Shown here in pieces: positions 12,105 through 23,762 of a DNA stretch of 32,194 nt. The notes under the pieces were generated by a model, which was given only the letters and a program-made list of their open reading frames with translations, was not told where the DNA came from and made no database searches. Positions within the stretch are counted from its first letter, which is position 1, and every line of letters starts with the position of its first letter. Made by a program: the position numbers and the translations under genes. The stretch is from Welwitschia mirabilis (Eukaryota), in assembly GCA_051453625.1 (NCBI GenBank), contig JBOZIK010000001.1, positions 24,100,731 to 24,132,924 of the forward strand, given 5' to 3'.

Positions 12105-13770
12105 GCCCCTCAGAGTTGGAACAACACTTTCTAGACAACTAGAAATGGGAAGCTAAATGAGTATTCACAAGCTTATCATCTGTCATGTCAAACCATTCAA
12201 GCACCTTACCAATGCAGTCACTTTAGCTCAGCCACAACTTCTTCTACTTCCTCTCTCTATAAATGCTTATTTCTAAAACTTTCTTTGCATTCCCCAAATC
12301 TTCCATTGCAAACTGGTTATCCATTTCCACCTTTAAGCATTTTATTTTAGTCTCAACATTTCTTGCAATCAACATGTCATCAACATAAAATAGCAGGGTA
12401 ACAAATTTACCCAAGGCACTTCCCGAAAAATAAACAAAATGATCAAACTGACTCTTTTGTCCTAACAACTTCTTTATGAATGTCTCGAATTTCTTATACC
12501 AATGTCTTAGAGCCTGTTTCAAACCATAAAGACTTTTCTTTAATGACAATCAAGATTAGGGCATCGTTTATTTACATACCCTTTGAGTTGGTGCATATAA
12601 ATCTCTTCCTCCAAATCACTATGAAGAAAGGCAATTTTTATATTTAGTTGTTCCAATTCTGAATCCGAATAGGCAACTATTAAAAAACTATGGAAAGTCA
12701 ATACCTGGCTTTTGACCGAAACCTTTCACCAACAGCCTAACCTTGTGACGGTTTTCTCCATTTGCTTCATTCTACAACCTAAAGATCCACGTACTACGTA
12801 AAGGTTTGCATCCCTTAGGTAACTCCATCAAATCTCATATGTTATTCTATTTCAAGGACTTTCGCTCATCCTCGATGGTTGCCTTTCATGTGGCAGCATC
12901 AACATAAGAATGAGCTTCTCTGATTATTTCTAGTTCTAGTTCTCCACAATCACTATAAAGTACATAATTCAATAAAGGAAAATACATATGAGGTGGATGT
13001 AAAGTTCTAGTAGATCTCCAGTCTCTTTAATCCATGACATGTAATCGTACGTGGTTCCTCCTCTTCTTGCTCTTCATCTGAAGATGTTTCACTACTGTCT
13101 AAAATTCCAGTTCCATGAACCTCGTCTTCTAGCAGCTCCTCTTACTCTTCATTTGTTTTATCTCTCACCTTGTAAGACTAACCTGGGAAGCCTAAGTCAC
13201 TATCTCCTTGCTTCCTATCTTGCAAACCATAAAACATTACATGTTCTGTAAATTTAACATCTAGTGATCACAATCTGGTTGGTTTCAAGATCCCATACTC
13301 TATAGCCTACAACATCCTCTCCATAGCCAACAAATATGCATGGTTTAGCCCTTTCCTACAGCTTAGTTCTATTTTTCTTCTACATATCCATATAGGCTTC
13401 ACACCCAAAAACTCTTAAATGCATGAAATAAATATTTTTACCTTTCCACAAGATTCCTGGAACACCATAGATCTATTCACCAAGTAAGTAGTCATCAGTC
13501 ATCACCATTACTTCTGCCCAAAAAGATTTGGACAAACCTACACCTTCAGCCATAGATCTAGCTCATTCCAATAGTGTCCTATTGCATCTTTCAACAACAC
13601 CATTTTCTTGTGGTGTGTCAGGTGGGGTATAAATGTGACAAAATCCCTTCCTATTACAAGACTCTATACTCCCTCGATCCACATGTCGAGAGCTCACATG
13701 AACCAGGTAAGGAACCAGAGAGATTCAAACTCAAAACTGAGCCAATGCCATGGCTCTAATACTAGTTGTT
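12105..13770 (-). mobile_element. Internally deleted, decayed Ty1/copia element (Tork/Tnt1-like) in RGP1 intron 1
   Basis: Minus strand: LTR end AACA, then PBS-Met TAGTATTAGAGC (13764-13753, 10/12 to TGGTATCAGAGC); integrase PQENGVVERCNRTLLE at ~13610; RT LKKSLYGLKQA, YVDDML, MEDLGNAKKVL, continuing as LWLS..KVLEWFDM..HLASHF to ~12105. The 5' LTR extends above 13767; its far end was not determined. Confidence 0.85.
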
Positions 13771-14922
13771 TGGTCCACTACTATCACACCAAAAGCCATA
13801 ACTTTGGTAGAAACTAGAACCCTTCATGTTAACCCAGTTGTCAGAACAAGCATGGGGAGCACATACCTAATAGTTGTGAAGGTCATGGGATGGAAACATT
13901 GCATGGGGAAGGACCACTTCCATGCCCAGGCGATGAAAGTGAGAAGTGTATGGACCTCTCACTAGAAGATAGTGGCAAAGTGCATTGGGCATGATTTACT
14001 TTTTCCCTTTACTGATTTACCGTTTTTGATTTATCACTTCTCTGATTTTTTAACTTTCACATGGTTATTGTTCTCTACAAACTACTCTTTTCTTTTTCTT
14101 TCTTTCCCTCTTTCTTTCCTTTTTCCTTTTTTTTTTTTTTTTTTGATGTTTTTTGGTTGGATTGGTTACGGGACAAGAAAGCTGTAGATAAATTTACTGT
14201 TGTTGCCAAATTCATTTACAATCACACCAAAAGCATGCTCTAATTTTGGAGAAGAATAATAGAAAACAGTTCTAAAGGACTTAGCAGAACATGCTTTGGA
14301 TCCCAATTCTTTTGGTCACAATGCAAAGGTGGCTTTCATACAACATTTGTCTGTGAGGAATGGATAAGCTTGTTTATCTTAATTTAATTTTCCATAATCT
14401 ATGTTTGTAGCCATTAAATTTCCTTTTCTTTGATGTACACCAATTGTCCTGATTTTATTTAATGTTATGTGTCTATGGATGGTTCCGAAGCCCAAGAAAT
14501 TGTCTTGAAGCTTTGTAAGCCCTTTTGGTCAATTATGCAAGAGCTTGTGGAGGTTGGGTTTGAAGCTTTTGTACTTATATTTGTTTCAAATCAAAATCTC
14601 AAATAATAGTTCATCTCTGTATTCCAATGCCATGTAGGCTTGTGCAGGTTTGCATCCCCTTAGAATTATAAGATGTGGGCCAGAAATATGAACAGATTTG
14701 GGAGATTATTGATGATAGGTGAGCACAAACTTTTAAGATACTTATTCATTTTGTTTAGTTCTTTTGTTTACTTTCTTTATATGGAAGTTATAAGATATAT
14801 TGATGTGACCATTGCATGCTCAAATGCATAAAGAAACTGTGTAACATTAGAAATACTGGATTGAAAACTACAGAATGCAATTGACCAATGAAAATCAAAA
14901 AGCTGGTAGTAAATTGACATAC

Positions 14923-15355
14923 ATGACTTATTACATCCTTGTTTGAGGACCACATTAGAAGCAATAGAAACTGGAGTTGAATCCATGATTATATTCTCTC
15001 CTCTCTTATATCAGGATCTTGGCAAGGGCTTTTGGAGGACAATCCATTGAGGATCTAATTTCTCAATGCCTTTGAATTGGACAACCAAGTCATCAATTTG
15101 ATAGGATGTTTCATAATCCTCAACTTGATCGATCTGTTCATCGCTGTCACACAAGAATTTACCCATCCAAATAACAATTTTAACGACAATTGAATCGCCG
15201 GGCCTGTAAGCTTTTCGATCTGTACTCACGTTCAAAGAGAGTGAACCTAATCTATCATTTTTGGCATTTTCTAATGGGTAGTTTTCCTTGTCATTCTATA
15301 AGAAAGAACTTCCCTTTCCGAAAAGGGAAAAGACCTGCGAAAATTTCGATATCAT
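14923..15355 (-). pseudogene. RGP1: RGP1-like coding exon 1 (433 nt)
   Basis: ATG at 15355; TAG at 15298-15296; TGA at 15013-15011; donor T|GTATGT. Confidence 0.8.
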
Positions 15356-15886
15356 CTTCGAGCTATTGGCTCTGCATTATGCATTTTCCTTCTAATGAGA
15401 AGTTAGGTCAAAAAAGGTATACAGAAGACAAAAGAAAGTACACTTGCTGAAGAATTTGTGTGCCAATAGAGCTTTTTTTCTTTCAATTGAATAGAAATAA
15501 AAAGCAAATCAGTGATCGGCAATTCCAATCCTTCACATGAGATGTTAAACAAAGAAATCCATCAACCTTGCAATTTTGGGATGGATGATAGCTGAGCTCA
15601 GCTCAGCACCCTTTTGGTAAGCCGGTGCATCCAAAATGCTTGCTTTACAATTTAAATACTTGAAATATTTTCTGATATTAATTAATAAAATAAAGTGAGT
15701 CAACAAAAGTCCTCCAAGTGAATGTAGGCCAAATAAGATTTGTGACATTTAGATTATCTGCCAAATGGAATGCTTGCAGATCAAATAGCAATATATCTTC
15801 ATCTAATAAGGACCATCATATCATTAACAAGGACCAATCTTTGAATTTTTAAGTTTTCAAAGAGATAGTTGGATGAGTATGGCCAG

Positions 15887-16307
15887 GGATATATTCTCAA
15901 ATAGAGCATGAGCTAGTCTTCCTATTTCACTAGCTAACATTTCAGCGCTAAGTTTGTTGTATGTAGTACACCATCTTACTTTACTATTCAATTATTTTGT
16001 TTGCATGTCAATTCAATAACTAATAATTTATCAACTATGTGCAGGGACCTTCCCCACAATAATTTGAGTGGACCACTCTTCAAAATCCTAGCTAAATCTT
16101 ACAAGTAAGGACTACAATCTGGACTATACTGTTGTTATTCTATGGATAATGATTCAACTAATTACTAAGATGCATTATAGTCTATATGGACCTCTAATTC
16201 TTTTTCTAAGTTGTGCAGTATAATAGTAAATCCCTTCCTTTACAAGATAGAGGATTACCTTGTTGATTCTTAGTCATCTTTATCTTTTCCTCTTGATACC
16301 AATCAGA
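15887..16307 (+). pseudogene. Three-exon fragment of an LRR receptor-like kinase, subfamily II (NIK/SERK-like) ectodomain
   Basis: Exons 15887-15958 (72 nt, ..LPISLANISALSL), 16045-16104 (60 nt, DLPHNNLSGPLFKILAKSY) and 16219-16307 (IIVNPFLY..SLSFPLDTNQ), all with AG/GT ends. Resembles NIK 'DLSYNNLSGPVP..AKTF|IVGNPLIC'. Contains stops. Confidence 0.72.
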
Positions 16308-16460
16308 GTAATGCTCATGTCTAGGTCATCATTATTACTGCAGCTTTAATAACTCTTCATGACATATTTCCAAGCAATTTGAAAATTCTCTTGTTACATG
16401 TAGATGCACTGACCTCTGGATTGGTGTGCATGGACTTTTTTTATTTAATGCTAGTGACAA

Positions 16461-16686
16461 TTTGAGGCATTTATTAAGGACATGCCTTAAAAGGCTACAA
16501 GATCCCCATTTGAGGGATTTATGTCTTTTAAGGCACTTTCATTCAAACGCCTTAAAAGCAGCAGGGTTTTAGCATCACTCTTTTTAAACCACTTTTGTGA
16601 AGAAACACCTTAAAATCCTTTAAGGTGTTTCTTATTGCTTTGTAAGGCATTTTAGAAACGTCTTAAAAGCCTATATTTCTTGTAAT
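16461..16686. mobile_element. Degenerate CACTA/EnSpm terminus with subterminal repeats
   Basis: AAACGCCTTAAAA-type repeats in both orientations (16481, 16526, 16545, 16603, 16619, 16642, 16656), ending in TTTCTTGTAATT, close to the CACTA TIR complement TTTCTTGTAGTG. Confidence 0.7.
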
Positions 16687-16689
16687 TTT

Positions 16690-17325
16690 ACCTCTTTAAG
16701 TTTTTGGAAGTCCTACAATAAAGTTCACGTAAATTACATTCCACATATATTCTACAATATCATGAGAATAAATTAATCCCACTAAATTTCTATATTCTTT
16801 TTTAACTTATTAATAATTAAGGAACCTTGACATAAATTCTACTATATCATTTTTCATCCTTGACCATTAAAATTTTGTTTCATGTTTTGAAATATTTTAG
16901 TTCCTCAATGGTGATCTACTATAAGTGGATTACAAAATTCAAATATTAGCTTATGTCTAATTTCATTTATATTAAGAATCCTAAATCTTCCCTTGAATCT
17001 AATAATACCATTTGAATCAACACTAAAGTGATCTTAATTAATTGACTTTCTAACTGTCCTTTAATTTTTAATAATTCTCACCATTTCTTTTGTTCCTCTT
17101 AAATAATTTTAGAATTTTATTTTGAATTTTCATGATTACTTTGAAATAACCGCACTTGCTAAAAGCACCTACAATCTTAATTCCTTTGCCTTCATGGTAT
17201 AAAATCTATAGATCAAAATCACATAGAAGTTTCATCCATCTTCTTTGTTTAACTTTTAATTTTGGTTGAGTAAAAATGTATTTTATATTCTTATGATCTA
17301 TCCAATCTACACCGTAGAGATAATG
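16690..17325 (-). mobile_element. Old Ty3/gypsy chromovirus-type pol relic A (RNase H end to integrase N-terminus)
   Basis: Minus translation [42 protein letters not shown]; decayed zinc-finger region ..WSRMKNDIVEFMS..; WNVIYVNFIVGLPKT. Confidence 0.8.
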
Positions 17326-18690
17326 TGTAATATCCCATTTAACTATTTTTAGATTACTTCGCATAAAAAGAAACATATAAATAATATGCTAGGATTAATA
17401 AGAATAACAAAGAATAATTTGAAAAAATGTGGACTTTATTATTGGAAGTAGTGGATTACATTCCTCAACTTATCCAATAGTCCTACATTACTGTCTAAAG
17501 GTAAAGAAATGGGCTGCAACCTAAGTCCCCTTTTTGGAATCCTTAAGGATTAGTCAACATTATCATCAGTTATATTTACTCAGTCTATCCACCTTCACCT
17601 AATTTCATAGGCTTAAATAGCATAATGAAAGGATACATCTTTTACATATTTGGATTACACCCATTTATATGCTCATTTAATACTTTAACACTCTTATTTT
17701 ATAAATAGTAAATTTGAAACATTACATTCCCTATCCTTTAAGCATCATGCTTATTCTCAAGTATAGTTTCTTCTCTTCTTACATTAGTTGTAAAGCCATG
17801 TCCCTCTAAATTATTTTTTATATCATCTACAAAACACAACAAAAGGAGAGATATCATTTATTAAGAGATATATTAATAATGTAAAATGGCATATCATGCT
17901 TTATTAAAATGTTTGGGAAAAGATTCCTATATGTACTTCCTATTCTTCCATGTTAATTGATTACAATGATTCCATTAGATAAGTACTTCATTTACATTTT
18001 TATTCCTTGATTGCTTAGTTATAATATCTAGGACTTTTTAAAGTTAGACAGTGAAAGTTAGGTTTAGTTGGAGTATAATATGTTGTCAATTCAAGGTGTA
18101 GTCCTAGTTATTATCTTTGTTATATTGTTTCATCATAGTCACATGAAAAATTGAATGTATTTGAGACCTCTATAGAGGAAGTTCTAGTTTAAAGGCTAGA
18201 TTCCCTATTCTTTCAGTGATCTTAAATGGACTACAATATTGTGGGGTTAACTTGTTGTACTTCCCTATTTTTAAGAACTTCATTTCCAGCTTGATTCTTA
18301 GAGATACTTGCTTATCAATTTGGAATGTGTGGGTCTTATGTTTTCAATTATAATATTTCTTGTATCAATCTTATGCAACTTATCGTTATCTTTTTATTTT
18401 GGCAATCACAGCTTCCATAACTTTTAATTCAGAGGGTGTAGTATTTTTTAATCTTTGTAAAGGATCTGACCATATGACATGGGTGGAATAGTTCTTGTCA
18501 TACATTGCTTCAAATGGTAAACATTAAATGAAGATCTAGAATGTCTAATTATAAGCAAACTCAACCAAATCTAGGTAGTTATTCCATTATTTGAGCTTTT
18601 TAGCCATGTAATACCATAGAATGTCTTTCTGTAAAGACCGTAAAATTTTATAGTTGAAAAACCTCTATTTTCATGCTTTGATACCAAATT
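17326..18690 (-). mobile_element. Ty3/gypsy chromovirus relic B: integrase C-terminus, GPY/F region, chromodomain, PPT and putative LTR (17326-17726)
   Basis: LVEFAYN..PFEAMY; KLTPQYCSPFKITERIGNLAFKLELP..IHSIFHV; KVLDIITKQSRNKNVNEVLI*W..TW..FPKHF. Purine tract at 17741-17727; LTR candidate bounded by TGTAAT..ATTACA. Confidence 0.78.
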
Positions 18691-18870
18691 GTAATGTCCA
18701 AATCTTAAACAGTTGCAAAACTTCAAGACTTACTACTCCAATACTAAAAGAGATACCATAATTTTTTAAGTTAAAACTTCAAACCCACTTAGATGCTCTG
18801 AAACCAAATATAAAGGCCCAAAATTTCTAATGTTAAAAATGTCTCCATATACTTTAATGCTCTAATATCA
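18675..18870 (-). repeat. Degenerate ~60-bp tandem array, each unit carrying a tRNA-iMet PBS-like 12-mer
   Basis: Plus-strand matches to GCTCTGATACCA: 18675 (11/12), 18735 (8/12), 18795 (11/12), 18859 (10/12). Confidence 0.62.
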
Positions 18871-21528
18871 ATGTGAAGCCCCATAGTATTATGGTTGCCA
18901 TAAATTTCATATCTCACTTTGAATTTTTAGTACCTTAAATATGGCCCATAGATAAATAGGGTTAGGAGAGAGAGATGATTATGGCAAGAATTTAAGAAAA
19001 TATCTAATTGAAGGGTAAAATTAAAATTCTTCCTTTAATGTAAATGAGTTGAAATTTGACTTAATTTGAGTGGTTAAAATGAACATTGATCTTAGGGAAT
19101 TCCTTTACCATAAGATCATTTTTATAGGAATAATTATATTGATCCTAATTAGGAGTTATGGAGTAACTTAAAATTTAACAATTAACTCAAAGAGAGAAGA
19201 ACAAAATCTTTAAATAAGGCACATGTTAGGAATTAATCCTATGACCTGTGCAAACGAAATCACATTACTTAACTAGTACGCTATGAGCTAGGTACTAAAG
19301 AGAATTGAACATGAAATATTATTTGTTATGGACGTTAAGCATTCACCAGGAAGATAGGATTTCTTCATACCTAAACAATGCTGGAATTACAGTGGTAAGG
19401 GCGCACTTGAATGGAAGGCAAGGCTAAAGCAACATAAGAATGGAGACCACAAAGAAGTGAAGCTTTTCACAAGGAGGAAATCACCAAAAGAAAAATGTCG
19501 TCAAGGATTATCAGAGAAAGAAACCACATTTGAAGGAAAAAGTGCACTGGGGAGGAAGATGAATGAAATGTTTTAAGAATGATTCAACTTAATTATAATT
19601 TCGTTGAAGGCTGGAAGATGTTACAAAATGCAATCTGATAGAAACATTGAGCAACCAGAAATGAAATGCCCTAGCATGATTTATGTGCTAATTTAACAAA
19701 AAAGACATGAAAGGAATTGAACCGTTGAGAGAAGAACACATGATTTAGGCATTTCGATGGGTAAGAAGGAATTGAATACACTTTAGGGCTGGCATTTTTC
19801 TTGGCATTTAAAATTTAGCTGGGCGATGCAGTGGCTAGGTTTTTTTTTTTTTTTTTTTTTTGGTGGCATTTGAAGAGGCATTTTCTAGCAAAAAAGAAAG
19901 GTTTCATCAAGGGAAGAATTTGAATGGCATACAAAATACCTCATGCTTTACAACCTGTCCCTTTCTTCCATCTCTCCCATGATGCAATCAGAAGCTATAG
20001 ATGTTCTTCTCAGATCTGAAATAGAGCATTGAATAATCATCATGGTGCACTAGAGTTTTGTTAATAACACGCTGGAGCTATGCAATGCTTAGTAGAAAAC
20101 CCTCTTTATTGCATTTATCAACTGTCCCAGCTATTAGTTTAAATGATAACGCTCTTTATTCAATTAACAACTCAAGAGCGTAATGGTAAAAGGAAGTTCC
20201 AAGATGAGAAAGGGTGTGGTTTCAAACCCTATTACANNNNNNNNNNNNNNNNNNNNNNNNNNNNNNNNNNNNNNNNNNNNNNNNNNNNNNNNNNNNNNNN
20301 NNNNNNNNNNNNNNNNNNNNNNNNNNNNNNNNNNNNTAGATTTCTGAATCCTATTTGTTATTAGTTTGTGTCTATAACTAATTCTTTGACGCTTCATATG
20401 TCTTCACAAACTCTATATATGCAATTGCTTGGCTTACTAAGATTAGTATAATTGAGTTGTAATGAACCTAAGATACCTATCAGAAACAGCAGTTTCACCT
20501 ATCAATTTTGCTGAAGCATGAGGCCATAAACCACATGATAGTTTAATTCATGAATGATAAAATCAAACCAAAATGTTGTCTCAGCTTGACAAAGACTAAG
20601 ATTCTGCGCTGAGGACCTCATGATATAATCAAATTATTCTGAAATACTGTTATTAAAATGACATCCAAAATATAGTATCTATTGTTTATGTACTTTAACA
20701 TGTGAATGTCATAAGCAACATTGACAGTAATGGCAAAGGATATGAAATGAATATTAATTGTATCTTATATGCAGTGGTAAGGAAGGCCTTAATAAATAAT
20801 ATCATTAGCAAAGGAACCAAAAACATGTCAACATTTTGCTTTTTTTTTTTCACTAAGCAAATTTTAAGGGTTTTACAATTAAACTTTTGTGGGGACTGTG
20901 ATTGATAGTGTCATTCTGGGAAATCACACAAATGTCATTTATATTTTCCAAATATGGATAGGGAATTCCTTGATAACACTGTANNNNNNNNNNTTGCAAA
21001 GAAATGGCAGACATGTGTATCCATTGTTTTTCCCCTTGTCATTCTGAAAATTTATTGTGCTTAACTCACCGTATATATTCTTTGGCAAGCTCCAATGTTA
21101 GAAAAATGCCACTTTGAACAAGGTAGAATCTAATGATGTTGACTCTGTCACAATATTGCACACATTTGTAGATGTTTTCTTGGCCAGATTGACCAATGAA
21201 AAGATTTGTAATCTGAGATTCTAGGTTTTACCTGTCTTAAACCAGTGAAAAGTGTGAACAGTTCATCTAAACCTCCAACATTGAAGCCCATTATGTTTTA
21301 TTATATGGTGCATAGAAACATTTGTGAAAAGAAGTTAATGAACTCTAAAATGTTTGATATGTTATGGCGCTCATCAAAATTACTTGAATAGCTTCATCCT
21401 TACTAGTTCAGCTTGCAACTGCTGTAAAATTACAAACAGGTGAATGTAGGTAAATGATGACTATCAAATCCAATAGTATGATTCCCAACAAGTGCAAGAC
21501 AATCTCCCACAGGAAGGAACCAGAAGGC

Positions 21529-21666
21529 TTTGAAAGGTCTCTGGAAAACGATATGTATTTAAGAAGGCTCAGAATCAACATTAATTAAAGTAAGCAGTTT
21601 GAAAGGTCTCTGGAAAATGGCATGTATCTAAGAAGGCTCAGAATCAACATTAATTAAAGTAAGCAG
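21529..21666. repeat. 69-bp tandem duplication (about 4 mismatches)
   Basis: TTTGAAAGGTCTCTGGAAAA..TTAAAGTAAGCAG at 21529-21597 and 21598-21666. Confidence 0.95.
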
Positions 21667-22778
21667 TATGCTAATAATATTGAATATAGGACATTCAACT
21701 GTTATCCATTCATAAACAAGGCAATCATGCAGTAACCACATTATGCATCACAAGATAATAGATAAAGAGACAAAAAGTGCATGTCTTATCCCGAAAGCAG
21801 ATTTGGCTAAATAGTGTGCTACAACTTCAGGAAGTTTGCTAATTTACAATGAACACTGTCATAGAGTGTTATCATTTCTTAGGAGATTTAGTGTTAAAAC
21901 TATTGGAAAGGGTGTGGAGCATGTTGAAGATTTATACGATAGCTTCTTTAATTCATGCTCCATAATTGTTTTGATGTGCATGATTGACTTGATAGGTGAG
22001 GCACCCTATATATGGGTGGGACTATGAGACCATGTTTTGGATGTGTGAATTTGTCTTATCTTGGAATATCAATTGATAAAAGAAAAGCTTGTACTATGTG
22101 ACTGTGTCCGAGAAGGTTAACTATGTAGGAAGTAGAATGGATATGAACAAGTTATTGATCATCATTTTTAAAGGGTCTTTTCTGCTAGAGGTTCCATTAT
22201 GTTATCTTCTCAGTCCTTGTCCAAGCTGACAGCACTTGCATGATATACCATGTTATCTCTGGAAATGGAAAGGCCAAAAAAGAAAGGTCAGTAACTGTTT
22301 CTTGGTAGCATAGGAATCTTTTAAAAGAAAGGGGATACAGAAAGAGTGGAATAAGGAATGAAAGAGCTCCATGTTTAAGAGTTCTTCAATAAGGATTAAG
22401 AAATGTAGGTTTGTAATTTTCCACAAGCAAGAAGTAGCGCTTGCATCCAAATTTCTGCAAATTGCTTATGCTTGGTTCTCTTATTATTATCTGTCCTCGA
22501 AATTTAGATACATTCTGAAACTTTAAGCCATCAAATAGTTATGAAAATCTTTAGGAACAGTTATTCATGGAAATGTAAAGGACGAAAGCCGTCCTTAATA
22601 ATTAAGCATCAATAGACAAGATGAGCAAAAGAATCTTATATCCATGTCTTCTGACCACACATACCTCCTCTTTTATAACAAGAATTAGGATTGGGACAAT
22701 CCTATGATAACACAACATCCTACCCTATTAATTAATTCCACTAACCCCATACAAACAAGTGGTAAGACATACAGGACC

Positions 22779-23762
22779 TGTTGATATGTGAAGCCAAATA
22801 TATTATTTATGTTGAAATGTTATGTTTTAACATTGACCCCTATTTAAAGTTGTAANNNNNNNNNNNNNNNNNNNNNNNNNNNNNNNNNNNNNNNNNNNNN
22901 NNNNNNNNNNNNNNNNNNNNNNNNNNNNNNNNNNNNNNNNNNNNNNNNNNNNNNNNNNNNNNNNNNNNNNNNNNNNNNNNNNNNNNNNNNNNNNNNNNNN
23001 NNNNNNNNNNNNNNNNNNNNNNNNNNNNNNNNNNNNNNNNNNNNNNNNNNNNNNNNNNNNNNNNNNNNNNNNNNNNNNNNNNNNNNNNNNNNNNNNNNNN
23101 NNNNNNNNNNNNNNNNNNNNNNNNNNNNNNNNNNNNNNNNNNNNNNNNNNNNNNNNNNNNNNNNNNNNNNNNNNNNNNNNNNNNNNNNNNNNNNNNNNNN
23201 NNNNNNNNNNNNNNNNNNNNNNNNNNNNNNNNNNNNNNNNNNNNNNNNNNNNNNNNNNNNNNNNNNNNNNNNNNNNNNNNNNNNNNNNNNNNNNNNNNNN
23301 NNNNNNNNNNNNNNNNNNNNNNNNNNNNNNNNNNNNNNNNNNNNNNNNNNNNNNNNNNNNNNNNNNNNNNNNNNNNNNNNNNNNNNNNNNNNNNNNNNNN
23401 NNNNNNNNNNNNNNNNNNNNNNNNNNNNNNNNNNNNNNNNNNNNNNNNNNNNNNNNNNNNNNNNNNNNNNNNNNNNNNNNNNNNNNNNNNNNNNNNNNNN
23501 NNNNNNNNNNNNNNNNNNNNNNNNNNNNNNNNNNNNNNNNNNNNNNNNNNNNNTTAACATTGACCCCTATTTAAAGTTGTAAAAGGGGATTGGCTTGTAA
23601 CCCTAACCCTAAAGCTATATAAACCTGTTAGAGGGTTGTTTGCTGTATTTGAACACGTTTGCTCCTAATCAATCAATAAAGCTCTGCATTGCTTCTCATG
23701 GACGTAGGGTGAAAAGAGCCTGAACCACATAAATTTTGTGTTGCTCCTTTGTGTGCCTATAG
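22779..23762 (+). mobile_element. Copia (Tork/Tnt1-type) LTR fragment interrupted by element 2; spans an assembly gap
   Basis: Starts TGTTG at 22779; CTATATAAA at ~23615; AATAAA; U5-type motif GGACGTAGG..GAACCACATAAAT at ~23700-23735; cut at TATAG|TGTTAGG. Confidence 0.6.

Larger units (their letters stand above)
9003..15355 (-). pseudogene. RGP1: RGP1-like (RAB6/Ypt6 GEF complex partner) gene, first three coding exons, two in-frame stops
   Basis: Exons 15355-14923, 9405-9254 and 9096-9003 have GT/AG ends and compatible phases. Splicing gives ..LSLNVSTDRKAYRPGDSIVVKI..FKGIEKLDPQWIVLQKPLPRS*YKRGE..SYVIYTTLPKAIPPTFKGSVVRYFYY..ESRVQLNVW, which matches plant RGP1 motifs as I recall them (TDKxVYRPGD, KGxEKLDxQW, LPxIIPPSYKG..RYLYY). 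Confidence 0.82.

Noticed and set aside
13972..14243. Hydrophobic Phe-rich small ORFs
   Set aside because: Produced by a poly-T/CT low-complexity tract.
22827..23582. Identical ~29-bp repeat flanking a gap; 238-aa ORF
   Set aside because: Same assembly artefact.
23599..23613. Telomere-like AACCCTAACCCTAAA
   Set aside because: Only about two units inside an LTR; too short for an interstitial telomere.
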